Below are positions 9,900-22,300 of a stretch of 64,000 nt of DNA, in pieces. The notes beneath the pieces are model-generated. The model made no database searches. It was not told the DNA's origin and saw nothing but the letters and a program-made list of their open reading frames with translations. Origin of the DNA: Tubiluchus corallicola (taxonomy: Eukaryota > Animalia > Priapulida); contig JAQGDQ010000082.1 of NCBI GenBank assembly GCA_030141605.1, positions 434,001 through 498,000 of the forward strand, written 5' to 3'. Positions within the stretch are counted from its first letter, which is position 1, and each line of letters opens with the position of its first letter. A program made the position numbers and the translations under genes.

Positions 9900-11220
9900 C
9901 GTCAAATTCCAGGTAGTAACTAAGAACGATACGGCGTGATGGTGCTGTTACCAGAGCCTGTTACTGCTGTACAACGCCAACAAGTATGAGTTGCGCGCGC
10001 ACGGCATGGACTGGCCTATTCTATTTGCCCAGGTGTGATCAGTGCGATAGCTTGCCCCTCAGTACATTTGAAAGACCAATAAATGTCATTAAATTTTAAA
10101 ACTGTACAAGCAGCTCACCGAAAAGCTAAAAAATATAAAAACTAAGTTCTTTATAATATTTATTTAAAAAGGCTGCACAAACCAATAAGCCCTGTTTCAA
10201 TTTATAATACCAGTTAATGGAGTATGTGTATGAATGAATGGAATAAAAGTGTGAATCTTATTGTTTTAGAAATTTTAGAACTACAAACAATGATTTGATA
10301 TAATTATACCGAACGTAAAATTTATTATTATTAATAAACATAATTTGTAAACATTTGTATTGGAAATGTTTTTCCATTCTACAAGAATAATGATATTAGA
10401 AAGCTGTTTTCAAATGATCTCTACAAAATTAACCTATTATCAACACGGGTTTAAATAGCTCTCCTAAGGTGTCTTAACAGCCAAGTTGGCTATAACGAAT
10501 ATTGTTACAAAAGAAGGATACAGGCATTACTATACTAACAGTCCAGCACTTGTAAAGTACTGCATCATATGCCAGCATCATTCTAGTCAGCAAAGCAAAA
10601 GAAGCAGTGCCACCCTTGTAAATCTGCAGCAACCAAATAAAGAAGTGAAATGCGAGAAGTCATCAGCGAGACCATACTTCATGGAGTTTCGGGGCTTAAC
10701 TAGGCCCTCTCCTTAGTATTAGAACTGCCATGATGAAACAGTTACTAACATTTTGTCTGTTGACACGCTATGGGGATGACCCAGTTAAGCCCTGAAACTT
10801 GGTAGATATGGTAACAAATGATGACTATTCGCCTTAATCGATAGATAACAAATGATGGAGATAATTAATGATAAGAATAGAAACAAGTAATAAAAAATGC
10901 CTCAATAAACGAAAAAGAAATTATTCATAGTTTCTTTAAACAAAGTTGGCAGATTTTGTAAATTTTACAGCCTTTATTATCCAAAATTTTGAAAAGAATT
11001 GTAGTAAAATGCGCATGAAAAAGTCCACAGCTTAGCTTAGTCTAGTGCACAAAATTTATTGACTATTTTACTATCCCATGTTTTGTTTTTTGGTTAATAC
11101 AATAATTTTGACATGCCTTTTAGCGCATGATGACCTACTTCACCCCTTTAAAAGTCCCGCGATTGAAAGTTGCTTTTTGTTTGAGCGCCAACTATCGAGT
11201 TGTTAGTTAGTGGTTATCAT
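9900..11220. promoter_or_regulatory. Divergent promoter interval MAT / PLD3
   Basis: ATGs point outward about 1.7 kb apart. CpG-rich patch at ~9930-10030, CCAAT at ~10076 and ~10182, DRE-like ATCGATAG at ~10837 and TATCGAG at ~11193. Confidence 0.55.
10671..10812. mobile_element. Small MITE-like inverted-repeat element
   Basis: ACCATA...AGTTTCGGGGCTTAACT versus AGTTAAGCCCTGAAACT...TATGGT: 16/17 core inverted match, imperfect over ~45 bp. Confidence 0.65.
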
Positions 11221-11222
11221 GT

Positions 11223-11530
11223 GTAAGTTTAGTGTATTCTGCTCTGTATTTCTACTTTTTTCGATGTGTTTATAAAAATTTCTACAAGGAAATAAACTAA
11301 GCATTTGTTTAAAAGCTTTCCCTAGACTTTTGCTAGCAATTCTTGTGTGGCAGTGGCGTGAATATAATATTTATGGTAGTTACAATAGACTGGAGTCTCC
11401 TATAGCAACAACCATAGCGAAGTGTGACTAATGGCAGTGTATAATTATTGTTATGAATTGCTTATTGTCGCAACACGGCAATAACGTTATAAATGGCGTA
11501 TTGTACACTGAACAATTAGATTTTCCTTAG
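11223..11530 (+). other. Candidate 5'-UTR intron of PLD3-like gene
   Basis: Donor GTAAGT at 11223 and acceptor ttttccttAG ending at 11530, 46 nt upstream of the ATG. Confidence 0.45.
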
Positions 11531-11576
11531 TTGACGATCGCTTTAGCAACATCGCTAAGCAACAACGCGTTCCAGA

Positions 11577-13112
11577 ATGATTTCGTTTGATGATAAGGTT
11601 GCACGTAAAAGAGAAGATAGTCTTATGAACGAGTTAGAACTAGAAGTTTTGGACAGTAAACTAAGAGCAACGAGCGCTTATGAAGAAAAGAGTGCGTTTC
11701 GAAAAATCTGCAAGCCTTCCTGCGTGCCTATATGCCTAATAATGATAATGATAGCTCTAGTTGTCGTTTTTCCGCTTGTAAATGAAGTTCAGTCCATCTT
11801 TAACAACCATGGGAATAGTTTAGCAGCAAGTACTGAGTGCCTTGATCAATGTATATTTACTGTTGTTGAAAGCATTCCGGAAAATTTGACTTACAAAGAT
11901 ACAAATGTAACATACCCCTCCGTTTTCAGCGGCTGGATGAATCTACTTAGCTTAGCTGAAAGTGAAATAGACATTGCCTCATCATACTGGACAATGCGTG
12001 GATCAGATGTTTTTGAAGACCCGTCTGCATGGCAGGGAGAAAAGATATTTTCAGAACTTATGAAAGCAGGAACTGAACGTGGAATAAAAATACGGATAGC
12101 TCAAAATCAGCCAAGTTACATGAATCCAGACAAAGACACAAAAGAACTTCAACGAGCGGGTGCTGCAGAAGTCAGAAGTCTTAACTTTAAGGAGCTTGTA
12201 GGAAATGGTATCTTACACACCAAAATGTGGCTTGTTGATCGGAAACATTTTTACGTAGGAAGTGCTAATCTAGATTGGAGGTCATTGACACAAGTCAAAG
12301 AACTTGGAGCAATCATCTACAATTGCTCCTGCCTTGCCGAAGATATGAAAAAAATATTTGAAGTGTATTGGTACCTTGGTAAACCAAACGAGATACCAAT
12401 CAAATGGCCTAGTGAGTATAATACCCCATATAACATGACTAATCCTCTCAAATTGAAGTTCAACGACAGTGCTAGCCAGGTTTATCTCGCAAGTTCGCCA
12501 CCGCCATTTTGTCCAGAAGACAGAAGTACTGACATTGACGCTATAATTGGCATAATAAATTCCGCTAAAAAATATGTCTTCGTTGCCGTTATGGACTACT
12601 TCCCAACTACGTTATATGAACGCCATCGACATTTCTGGCCCAAAATCGACGATGCATTGCGCCGCGTTTCTCTAGAAAATGGAGTAGAAGTTCGATTACT
12701 CGTCTCCTGGTGGAATCACACACGTTCTGACATGCACCTGTACCTGAAATCGCTTGAGTCGATCAACGGGGCATTGAAAGCAAAAATTCAGGTGAAACTT
12801 TTCAAGGTTCCAATATATTCACCTACTCAAGCAAAGATTCCATTTGCAAGAGTTAACCATAATAAGTATATGGTAACAGATACGACTGTTTTTATTGGTA
12901 CCTCTAACTGGTCAGCTGACTATTTTATCAGTACTGGAGGTATTGGCCTTGTAGTTAAGCCAGACACTGCAAATGAATTTTTTAATGTACACCCGAATAC
13001 TGGAGAAATCCATCAACAAATGCTTGCAATATTTGAACGTGACTGGAATTCTGAATATGCTCATTCATTAGAGGATTATACCTGCTTTGTAAATCGGCAT
13101 ACTTGTAGTTGA
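11577..13112 (+). CDS. PLD3: Phospholipase D3-like lysosomal 5'-3' exonuclease, single-exon CDS, 511 aa
   Basis: Type II TM anchor (CVPICLIMIMIALVVVFPLV), VESIPENL, two HKD motifs (HTKMWLVD, HNKYMVTD), GSANLDWRSLTQVKELG, GTSNWSADYF, FERDWNS. Confidence 0.96.
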   Translation: MISFDDKVARKREDSLMNELELEVLDSKLRATSAYEEKSAFRKICKPSCVPICLIMIMIALVVVFPLVNEVQSIFNNHGNSLAASTECLDQCIFTVVESIPENLTYKDTNVTYPSVFSGWMNLLSLAESEIDIASSYWTMRGSDVFEDPSAWQGEKIFSELMKAGTERGIKIRIAQNQPSYMNPDKDTKELQRAGAAEVRSLNFKELVGNGILHTKMWLVDRKHFYVGSANLDWRSLTQVKELGAIIYNCSCLAEDMKKIFEVYWYLGKPNEIPIKWPSEYNTPYNMTNPLKLKFNDSASQVYLASSPPPFCPEDRSTDIDAIIGIINSAKKYVFVAVMDYFPTTLYERHRHFWPKIDDALRRVSLENGVEVRLLVSWWNHTRSDMHLYLKSLESINGALKAKIQVKLFKVPIYSPTQAKIPFARVNHNKYMVTDTTVFIGTSNWSADYFISTGGIGLVVKPDTANEFFNVHPNTGEIHQQMLAIFERDWNSEYAHSLEDYTCFVNRHTCS

Positions 13113-14310
13113 CTTGGTGTTGTTGAAGCATCAATTAAAAATATGGACACTACGGCTTGTATTATTAATTTATTGAATTTAAAGGCTCACTCAAAATTTA
13201 CTTATTAGTTGTGCACAACATTTGTATAATCAGATGCATTCCATTTCGAGTTGCTGTTTTTTAACTTTGGGGCTGAAATTTGTTCCGTACATTATAAAGA
13301 GCTACAATGTGATATTATATCAAATTGTTAAAGCGCATATCGTGCCTTTGTGTAGGGTGAACGTAAAATATTTGTAATAATGATGAATGATTAATTCTGG
13401 TAGCTGATACTGTGGTAACAAAACGTTTTGGCTGTTTATTATGCAAATTAGCAGTATTGGTAGTGTATATGGTAAAGCACAGCTGCTGGATTTGACTCAA
13501 AATAATCTGTGATACTTTTAAATGGTCTTTACGAATTAGTTAACACATTATATCGAATTAATTGGTATCATTAAGCGAATACTTCTTTGGACATTTCATT
13601 CAGGAAAAAAGCCTTGTTTAAATTTTAATCTGGCTTAAATTTAATTTTTGGTGATGGGGTAACGTTCAAGTGATTAGATGAAAATGTAACTTAATATAGG
13701 TTACTTTGTGCAATTCTCGCCAATTTCCATGCAGGCGCATTGATTTATGTGCAGCACAAGGTTTCCTGAATCTGTAACTAGCCAGTAACTGCCTACGAAC
13801 CCTCCTAATGTCCTTTTACTCCTTGGCAAATCAGATAATTCTGATTGACACAACTTGTGATTGATTGATTATCTCTGTTACTACATTATCCTGAACTGTC
13901 TCTGCTGCTCTTACAGCAAATTGCTTCGCGAGATTTGCTTAATCACAAATTGAGAATCGATAAGTACATGTTTATTGCTGTGGTTCTTACAGGTCTACCT
14001 AGATCTAAGTGTACTTAAGATAAGTGATATTTAAGTTTTGGATCATAAAAACTGTTTTTCGAGCCTTATTCTGCACTCATGGCGTCGTTTGATTCGTTTA
14101 CTTTTCGTTTTATTACAAATCACGTATTTATTACAGAGCGTTCAATAAGAAACAATGCATTAAAAATGCATAAATAGACCAATATTACACTATGCTAAGT
14201 CTACACGTCCGTCAAGGTATATCATAAAAAGGAATAATTACGTCATTTTGATGCCATAACACAGAGAGCACAGGTTCATTTTGTCATATTATTATTTTAT
14301 TATCTTTCTA

Positions 14311-14339
14311 CTGTTCTGTTTCTTTTGGAACATCCTGTA
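14311..14339. mobile_element. Solo Tc1/mariner-like TIR
   Basis: ctgtttcttttggaacatcctgTA matches the right TIR of the 24738-25148 element. Confidence 0.5.
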
Positions 14340-14450
14340 CAGCAGTTAACTCAATGGCATTGTTTGTGAGCTGTTTGTGCCCAAAACTCTGTGCTTTGCT
14401 GCTAGGACTGAACACATACGGGCAACTCATCTCTGCAGTATAAAATATTT

Positions 14451-15063
14451 GTCTGTTTACACCATCAGTTTTTAAACCGTCAAATTAAAACCGACAAACA
14501 AAAACTTTCAATCTAAAAACTGACGCGTGTTTAGACGACATTAAACTTTACTCCGTCAGACTCTGATAATAACTATTCGGAAAGAGGTGTCGGTCAAATT
14601 ATGGCGCCAGTATGCAAACGTGCTTTGTTGCATGTTGGGCTAACCTGCACGATTAAAATGTGAGAAATCGGAAAAGAGTTAGAAAACTTTGAATGAAAAA
14701 ATAGCTACAACGAAGAACTGAAAGATTGTTTCAAAGATTTAAATGTTGAGGTGCCGCGTGTCATTTTCACTTATATGCCGTACGTTATATACCTGCAATG
14801 TTTGACTATTTATTGCATGAAGTTCAATTTAAATAACCTACCCTGCATAACACACCTGTGCTGTCGCAAATTGTTTGCTTGATTGGTAGAAGCAGAACAG
14901 CAATATTAGAATATGAGTTTGTCCGTATTTGTTTGATGAATTCAAGACTGTTTGATGCCATCGAATTTTGTTTGTCAAACTAGAAGTTTGTCAGTTCCGC
15001 TGTTTACAGGATCAGCCTAAAACTGACAAACAAGCTTGAAAAAACTGATCTTCTAAACAGCCC
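14451..15063. mobile_element. PIF/Harbinger-like MITE
   Basis: Ends gtCTGTTTAcAccATCAGTTTTT and AAAAACTGATctTcTAAACAGcc are imperfect inverted repeats; subterminal aaaacYgacaaaca motif repeated. Confidence 0.55.
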
Positions 15064-18000
15064 CTAATACACGGAGCGCGCGAGGTCTCCACTGCTTTCG
15101 TTCAAGATGGTTATTAATTTTGCTTATGGATATTTTTTGTGACGTCTCCTCCTAGTTAAAGAAGAGAGCGCATAAAAATTTCCGTGCGGCATTACCATCC
15201 TGGATAATGCTCAATCTGTGCAGAAATTTCAGCATATCACTAAACCCACTCACGTTTTACTACACATTCAACATGGTTTTAGTTTGAGCTTTTTCTATCC
15301 ATTAGATGATAGTGACTTTCATTTCGCACTTTTGGCACAAATGTTTTGTGAATTAGTAAGTGCGTAAGTGAGTAAGTGCGCAGGTTGTAAAAATTTGCTG
15401 TCGGTCACTGTACTGTCCAATTGCTTCTTAAAAATGTGTTTTTTAAAATGCATTTATCAGAGATCTAACCTCAGTCGTTTTGAAGCTGTGTGTTGTTGGC
15501 AGAGACAATAATGCTGTGATAAGATGATTTTATCAGTTTGTCATTAATGTTCAGTGATGATTTATACGTTTTCTGCTTATTTATCCTACTGTTGCAAAGC
15601 TTATTCTGTACAAAAGATTGAAGTTGCTAAGTTAATGAGCATATCATTATGGCACTACATATATATTTAGTGCTGACTTAGCATCCGCTAGTTGAAATTG
15701 ATATCGAATTTTGAATTACATTACCAGGTAATTCGTTTCTGTATTGTGAGTAATGAAATAAATTACCCAACTAGCAAAATTTTTCATTTGCATGTATAGA
15801 TGTATATTACTTGACACTTCAGGCTTTTATACCACCATTCATGAATTTGCATGCCGATTTTTTTCAAATAAATTTCAGTCCATAAAAATTGAACTTGAAC
15901 CCTTCTATCGCATTTTTAAAATTATATTTTTTTGTGTTTCTTATTTGTCACGCACATACATATAATTGCGTTGCATACACATAAGTTTAAGTGTCTATAT
16001 TTACTGTAATTTATATAACATCCTAAGCATGTGTACGTATGTTCTAAGCCGCTTAACAATAAATAAACGAGTAACAAATAAAAAAGCATACACAATAAGT
16101 GAAATCAGGAAACAAAAGAGTTGAAAATAAGATACTGACAATGTCGACTATTCTAAGAATATACCTGAGTGAACAGTCAACTTTTCATCTCCTAACGTTT
16201 CGCAAACAATAGATAGAAATAACGACCTTTCTGCAATTCGCCTATATTACACAATTCGCCTACGTACAAATTGAATGACTATGCATAAGTAGCTGAATTA
16301 ACTAATTTTTGCGGTAATGTTAAAAACTACGTCTTATACTTATTAGTTACCGCCCTAACTATATATAGTGAGAACTTAAGCACGATTTTAGCTGGATGTC
16401 GCGAATTTATCATTTCAGAAAGATTGAGCAAAAATAAACTAATGGGCTGAAATACTTAATGAGTACGTCAGGAATAAACATTTACTTTTATTTAATGTTA
16501 CTTAATCATAAAAGTAGCACTCCGCCACGACTGTATGGGTTTGAAATTGCTGAATAAGATAATTTAAGCCCGTATAATTTATATACCCGCGCCCGAATGA
16601 CAGTATCATATCCTGTGTACCAAACTAAACATGTCTAAAGTAAAGTTCTCATTTCATTGATTGGTTGGCATTTGAGGCGAACAGCTAAGCTACATGGCCA
16701 GTTTTACTCTTTGACCAGCAGAAGCTGATAGACTGAATAAACAGAAGCCAGTAGGTGAACTTAATAGCCTGGTGGGTTTATAGTTTCAACTGGAGTTACT
16801 CAGACCGCTGATTCTATTGGCTTTATCGTGTGGAGAGCACGCAATCGTGTAATTACTATAGCGTGTGCAACTAATAACGTAACATGCATTTTCGAATGAT
16901 AATTAAATTTAATAATGAATGGCCGCATATTCCTCTACGGAGAATAGCTGGCGTCGTTACAAACATGACCTCTTTACAACCACACAAGGTCTATTGCAGT
17001 TACTTGTACGTATTAATTCGCAATGGCCGCGTTATGACCCTAGAAAATAATATGTACTTCGTAATGTATAAATATGTATGGTTATGACCGTCATATATAC
17101 TTGTAGTATAAGTTTATTATCATGGTGCACAGTGCACTTACAAAATGTGATGATAATTCAAGTATTGTGTTCAACGAATTCTGTAGACCAGCTGCATGTT
17201 ACAAAAGCAGCCAGTAACACATTTAAAGAGGATAAGGATTTATTTAATCTAGAAAAACGAAACTCTTTCAAAAGTTACTTGATACTGTTGAGAAATGGAT
17301 TTCTGAAGACAAGCTGGATTTTTGAAGCTAGGAATGTCCAAGTTAGCCACAATTGATGAGCTCTAAAAGAACCATATCAATCACACAACAATAAACACAG
17401 GAGACAACTGACACAGCAAAGACCGTAACTATGGTTACATTTGTAAAAACTGGTGCATGTACAATGGAAAAGGAACAGTTTTCCCCTGGCTGCTCTGTGG
17501 AATTCTCCACCAAAAACTTGCTTCCCTGAAAACTTCAGCCTCATTCAATTCAAGAACATCAACAAATACCTTTTGTTATTAGCAAACTACATTATTTATT
17601 ATTCACCTCAACAATGGCCAACCCTTACTTGAGCGGCCATTGTTTGATGTGATTTTAACTAAAAAAAACGTACAGTGACTGAATGAATCCAGTTTAGCAC
17701 ATTCTTTAAATAAAACTTGGCTAAAGAAAGGGAATGACTCTATAAAACAACTAAAATTGAATGTAACTTTCAAGGACAACTTTCAAAAATGAACTTTATT
17801 GACCGAAAGAATACGAAAAGGTTTGCTGAACCACCCAAGTGGCATTAAACCAACGCCAATACAAAGCTATTCAAATTCAGGATCAGGAAAAGCTTCCTAT
17901 TCGCTCTTTTGGTTTCAAAAATTTAGTAATCGGGTGTGATACACTATTCAGCAATTTCCAGAGTTTATTATTCAGTCACTTTCCTATAATACTAAACTGA

Positions 18001-19324
18001 TTATTTTTGTTTACATTGTTTAATTTGTCTGGAATAAGTTTAGGTTTCACTGCTTATTGCAGACTATGTGCTACTATGGACTACTTCCACTCCTATCCCC
18101 AATTAGTAGTTATCAATATCTTAGTGCATCTTAATGTTATTCCAGCGGCAAGTCTGCTGTGGAACCCAAACAATTACAGTGAACAAATTCTATAATAAGC
18201 AACTTTATTTATTTATAATAATAATAATATTAATAATACAGAGAATCTATGTACAATATATAACAAGAAATTAAAAACAACTATTTGCATCATAATGAGG
18301 TTGACAAAATCAGAACAAGGATAATGGAGTGGGTAAAAATTGGACTTGTGCCAACAATAGTTCCACTGTCAACAATAATCTGCGTTCATGCCATGAATAC
18401 ATGTTTTTTTCGTAAAAATGTAATAAATAACTTGTGAGAGAAAACCATGGAAGATTAATGATTAGAACACTTTAGGTGTATATAAAAATGTAAATCAAAA
18501 AGGGAAAATCAATGCACAACAGCTCGATTCAGAAAAATATGGAATAAATGCTCGATTAATTTTAACATGCATAAAAAACGGTTCATCAGAAAAACCATTT
18601 AAACGGATTTAGGAAATACTTTACTATGCTGCTTAATGTGACAGAAATGCTCATGAAAAAGAAATTTAATTCAATATTTGACAGGTTAAAACCATTTCCT
18701 AGACATGATAGAATTATCTGTACAGTCTAAAGCTTAAAAACCTATCTCAATAAAGCACAAACATTTTTATTCAACAGTCATTAAATCTACATTAGCTAAT
18801 TTACATTTATTTCATGAAATTAAGCTTTGCTTATTGTCACATTTATAAAACATACGAACAGTAGAGCTAAAAATTATGCTTGCATAATCAGAATCATTGC
18901 ATTTCCTAATAAATATTCTCATTTTAGAAAGTACAAGTGATAAAACGAAATTCACGATTTGTTTAATGACAATGATGCATAAATTGACCCTAAAAAATAA
19001 GGCAAATTATTGATCACTGCAATCATTACAGAAACATGTAAAAAAGCATATGTATTGCCTATACATGAGCACCGCTGCCAGAATACAGCAGCAAAAAATT
19101 GCATACAGACTATCAACAACACTAAAACATCATCTTTCATAATTTAATAGAGCTTGATACTACACTTTTTTAAGAATTTTTACAACAATACATACACGTA
19201 CGTGGAACATTATTCCTTCATGCAACCTTAAGGCTTGCACATTTGTCTTACTATGTACAGCTTTAGAATACAAGACTGACTATAGATATTACTATTATGC
19301 AGATGTAGATGATTGGGCTAGCTA

Positions 19325-19353
19325 TCATACTGCAGAAACAATTTCCTCATCAT
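19325..19353 (-). CDS. RAPGEF2: RAPGEF2 last coding exon with PDZ-binding motif
   Basis: ttttcag|AT GAT GAG GAA ATT GTT TCT GCA GTA TGA = DDEEIVSAV*. Confidence 0.92.
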
Positions 19354-22300
19354 CTGAAAATAAATGAAGAAATGAAACATTGTAGAACAATGTGATTATA
19401 GTTACTAAAGCAATTGAATTAATTTCTACAATGATGGGAGAACTGCAAAGTTTGTAATTTCAAGCTGTTAGAATGGTTAAGCCATTCCAACCTTCCACTG
19501 TCAGCCATGCAAGTTGAGGTACGGGTAGTTAGTACTGTGAGTTTCCACAAAAGGGCCCGTGAAGGGAAAGGAAAGTGTTGTCAGTAAGATTAGCCATATG
19601 CCAAAGGAAAATGTACTAAAATAAGGGACTCAAGCGAACATACTGAAGTTCGAAAAGTTTAAAAGCAAAGCTACAGCATTGCAAGTAGGCTGTCACTGTA
19701 CACAAATTATGAAGCATCTATCTTCTCATAGCAAAAAAATTGTTAAATACTGTCAAATTTGGGAGCCATACTTCAGGTAAAAAACGTAAATCTTCTGCAC
19801 TCCAATTATGAAGCATGTATCTTCTCATTTCCTGATAGCAAAAAAATTGTTAAATACTGTCAAATTTGGGAGCCATACTTCAGGTAAAAAACGTAAATCT
19901 TCTGCACTCCAAGAGAGAACACTGATTTCTTGGACATATATGAAGAATTGTGTTAGAGTCCCATCATTGTAGAGATGAACCTAAGTAGGTACGGTCTAAG
20001 TTTATTGGGAGCATTGATGTTTACATTAGTTCAAGAAAATCCTCCCGCGTAGTGCTCATTTGCAGATTTTTACTTTATTTTTTATTATACTACACTGCCT
20101 CACACAATTAATAAACTGCCATAAAAACGGCCAAAATTTAAGCCATAATCACCCAAACAATCTAAGGAGAATAATTATCATATTAATCATTTTGATGACC
20201 ATAAAAATTAATACTTAGCATTATCATAGATTAATACTTTAGACACTCATGTGAGTGTTTTTGGTTAACGTAAGCGACTATTCTGAATAAAATCAATTGC
20301 CTTTGCTAGTGACTCAGGTTTACCGGGTGGTGTATGGTTGCAGCTAGCGGAATTTAAGAGTGTTGAAATTTAATTTTAGCGAAAGTGATTGATCAATAAA
20401 TATTTATTCAGGCTGTTATTTTCCATTCTGGCACAACCAGCTTGATCAAAAACTGCAAGAAAAGCCAGACAGTGCTTTCTCAAGGACGATCTAGTAGTAG
20501 AAGAAGAAGAAGAAGGTCTGAGTTGTGAGTATGAAGAAAAAGGACAGCTCAGTTATGTGAAGTAATAACATAAATTTGGTGAACTTAAATCTCTCTAGCC
20601 TAGATGAAGAACACAACTGTCAGTATTAATGCCTAGTCGAATCTTTTTTTATAAAATTGGTACACTGCAAACTGGAATCCAGCATTCACCAGCACAGCTT
20701 GCTCAACGTAAATGTGACGTGGCAAGACCAGACCTAGCTCATCATTAAAGCTAAGCCATTAAGATAAACCAGCGAACAGGTAGAGGTATTTTAGTCGCGT
20801 TCAGATGTGTATAAAACATTTAGAGACAGTACAGTGAATGGCAACATTAAGAGTTAGTACTGAGGGTGGTCACTCACCCATTCACTGACCAGCTGTGACA
20901 TTACTTAACTTTGGATGCACTGCATGCATACGTGACCAGTTGCCTAAAGGACTGGGGTTTTAGTTACAATGTTAGTTGCAACAAAGTTCTAAAGCTTTCA
21001 AATTAAATATAATAGAGTGGCAAAGCAGCCATGCTTTGTTAAATGTCAAAGTCAAGCTTCGCAGCACTCTTTATGAAGATCAAGATCTTTATTACCGTAG
21101 TTGCCATCACCATCACCAACATCATCATCATCATCATCATCATCATCATTACAACTCAATACCATTACCATCACATGCTACCATCATCATCATCATTGTC
21201 ATCGCCAATGTTGTTAACATTAAAATGAAAAAAGCAGGAAAATTTAGTGAGTGCACAAGACTACCTTCTATGTCTCCTTCGCTGTAGTACGGTCGTATAC
21301 CATCTTCAGCTGAATGACTCCTCACATAGCCGTCCTGTGCAATCCGTGCAGCAACATCGTAGTTTGGCGGTGGCGCCACTAGCCGTCTTCGATGCCTCTG
21401 CGGAGGGGCAGGACACTTAGATGTGTGAAAAGATGCAGCTGAAAGCATTGTTATTGCCCGTTACCGTGGAGTTAGTTACTGTGACAACCACATGCACACA
21501 AAAGTCGAAATTTGCACAAGAATAGAAAGTTTATCCAGCAAAACAAAAAAATACAAAGACAAAATAACTAAAATAAAGAATCCCTTTTCTCTCTCTATCT
21601 TTTTAGCTATTCTTCCAGAATAAAATAAAATACGTGTAATTAAAATACAGTTTTTGCTATTCTTTCAAACAAAGACAAAATAATTAAAATACAGTGTATT
21701 TTTTCTTCACTCAACTTTTTTGCTACTCTCTCAGTACATGTAGCATATATTACTGCCCAGGTAGTAAACATAATTAACTTACTACTGTTACGTAGATGAT
21801 AACTTATCTACTAACTTAAAAGTAAAAACCTGGATTGTACAAACACTAATCTCTTCTATACAGGCATTTTGTTGAAGCAAGGAAAGCAGCTTTAGCATTT
21901 CATGATTCAACAGGCATGATTGTAATGATTCAATGGTGCAATGATTCAAAGAAGATGAAGCGCAGAGTCTTCAATGCTTACGGATAGCAGAAAATGTAAA
22001 CCATTCCGTTTAACTTAAACCTCTTAAATTGGCCATCAATGGCAAGTGTTCACGAGAGAATACGCTGCAGACAGCCAGAGATAAACTGCTGAAGTGTTTA
22101 GAGTGAACAACAGCTTTGGACTAAGAGAGCTGAAAAGACCGGGAAATGACGGTGCTCAACTTACCAGCTCTTTTACTGGTAGTCAACCACATTTTATTAC
22201 CAGCATACAGCTTTCTCAATCAATACGATGCAACTTTCAACATGTCAATAAAATGTGTCAGTGCACAATAAAGACAGAATTTCTCAGAAACCGACATTTA

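Noticed and set aside
20976-21287. Poly-His / poly-Ile / poly-Met ORFs
   Set aside because: Translations of the (CAT)n microsatellite; the hydrophobic tail from reading through the 21265 donor is likewise repeat-derived.
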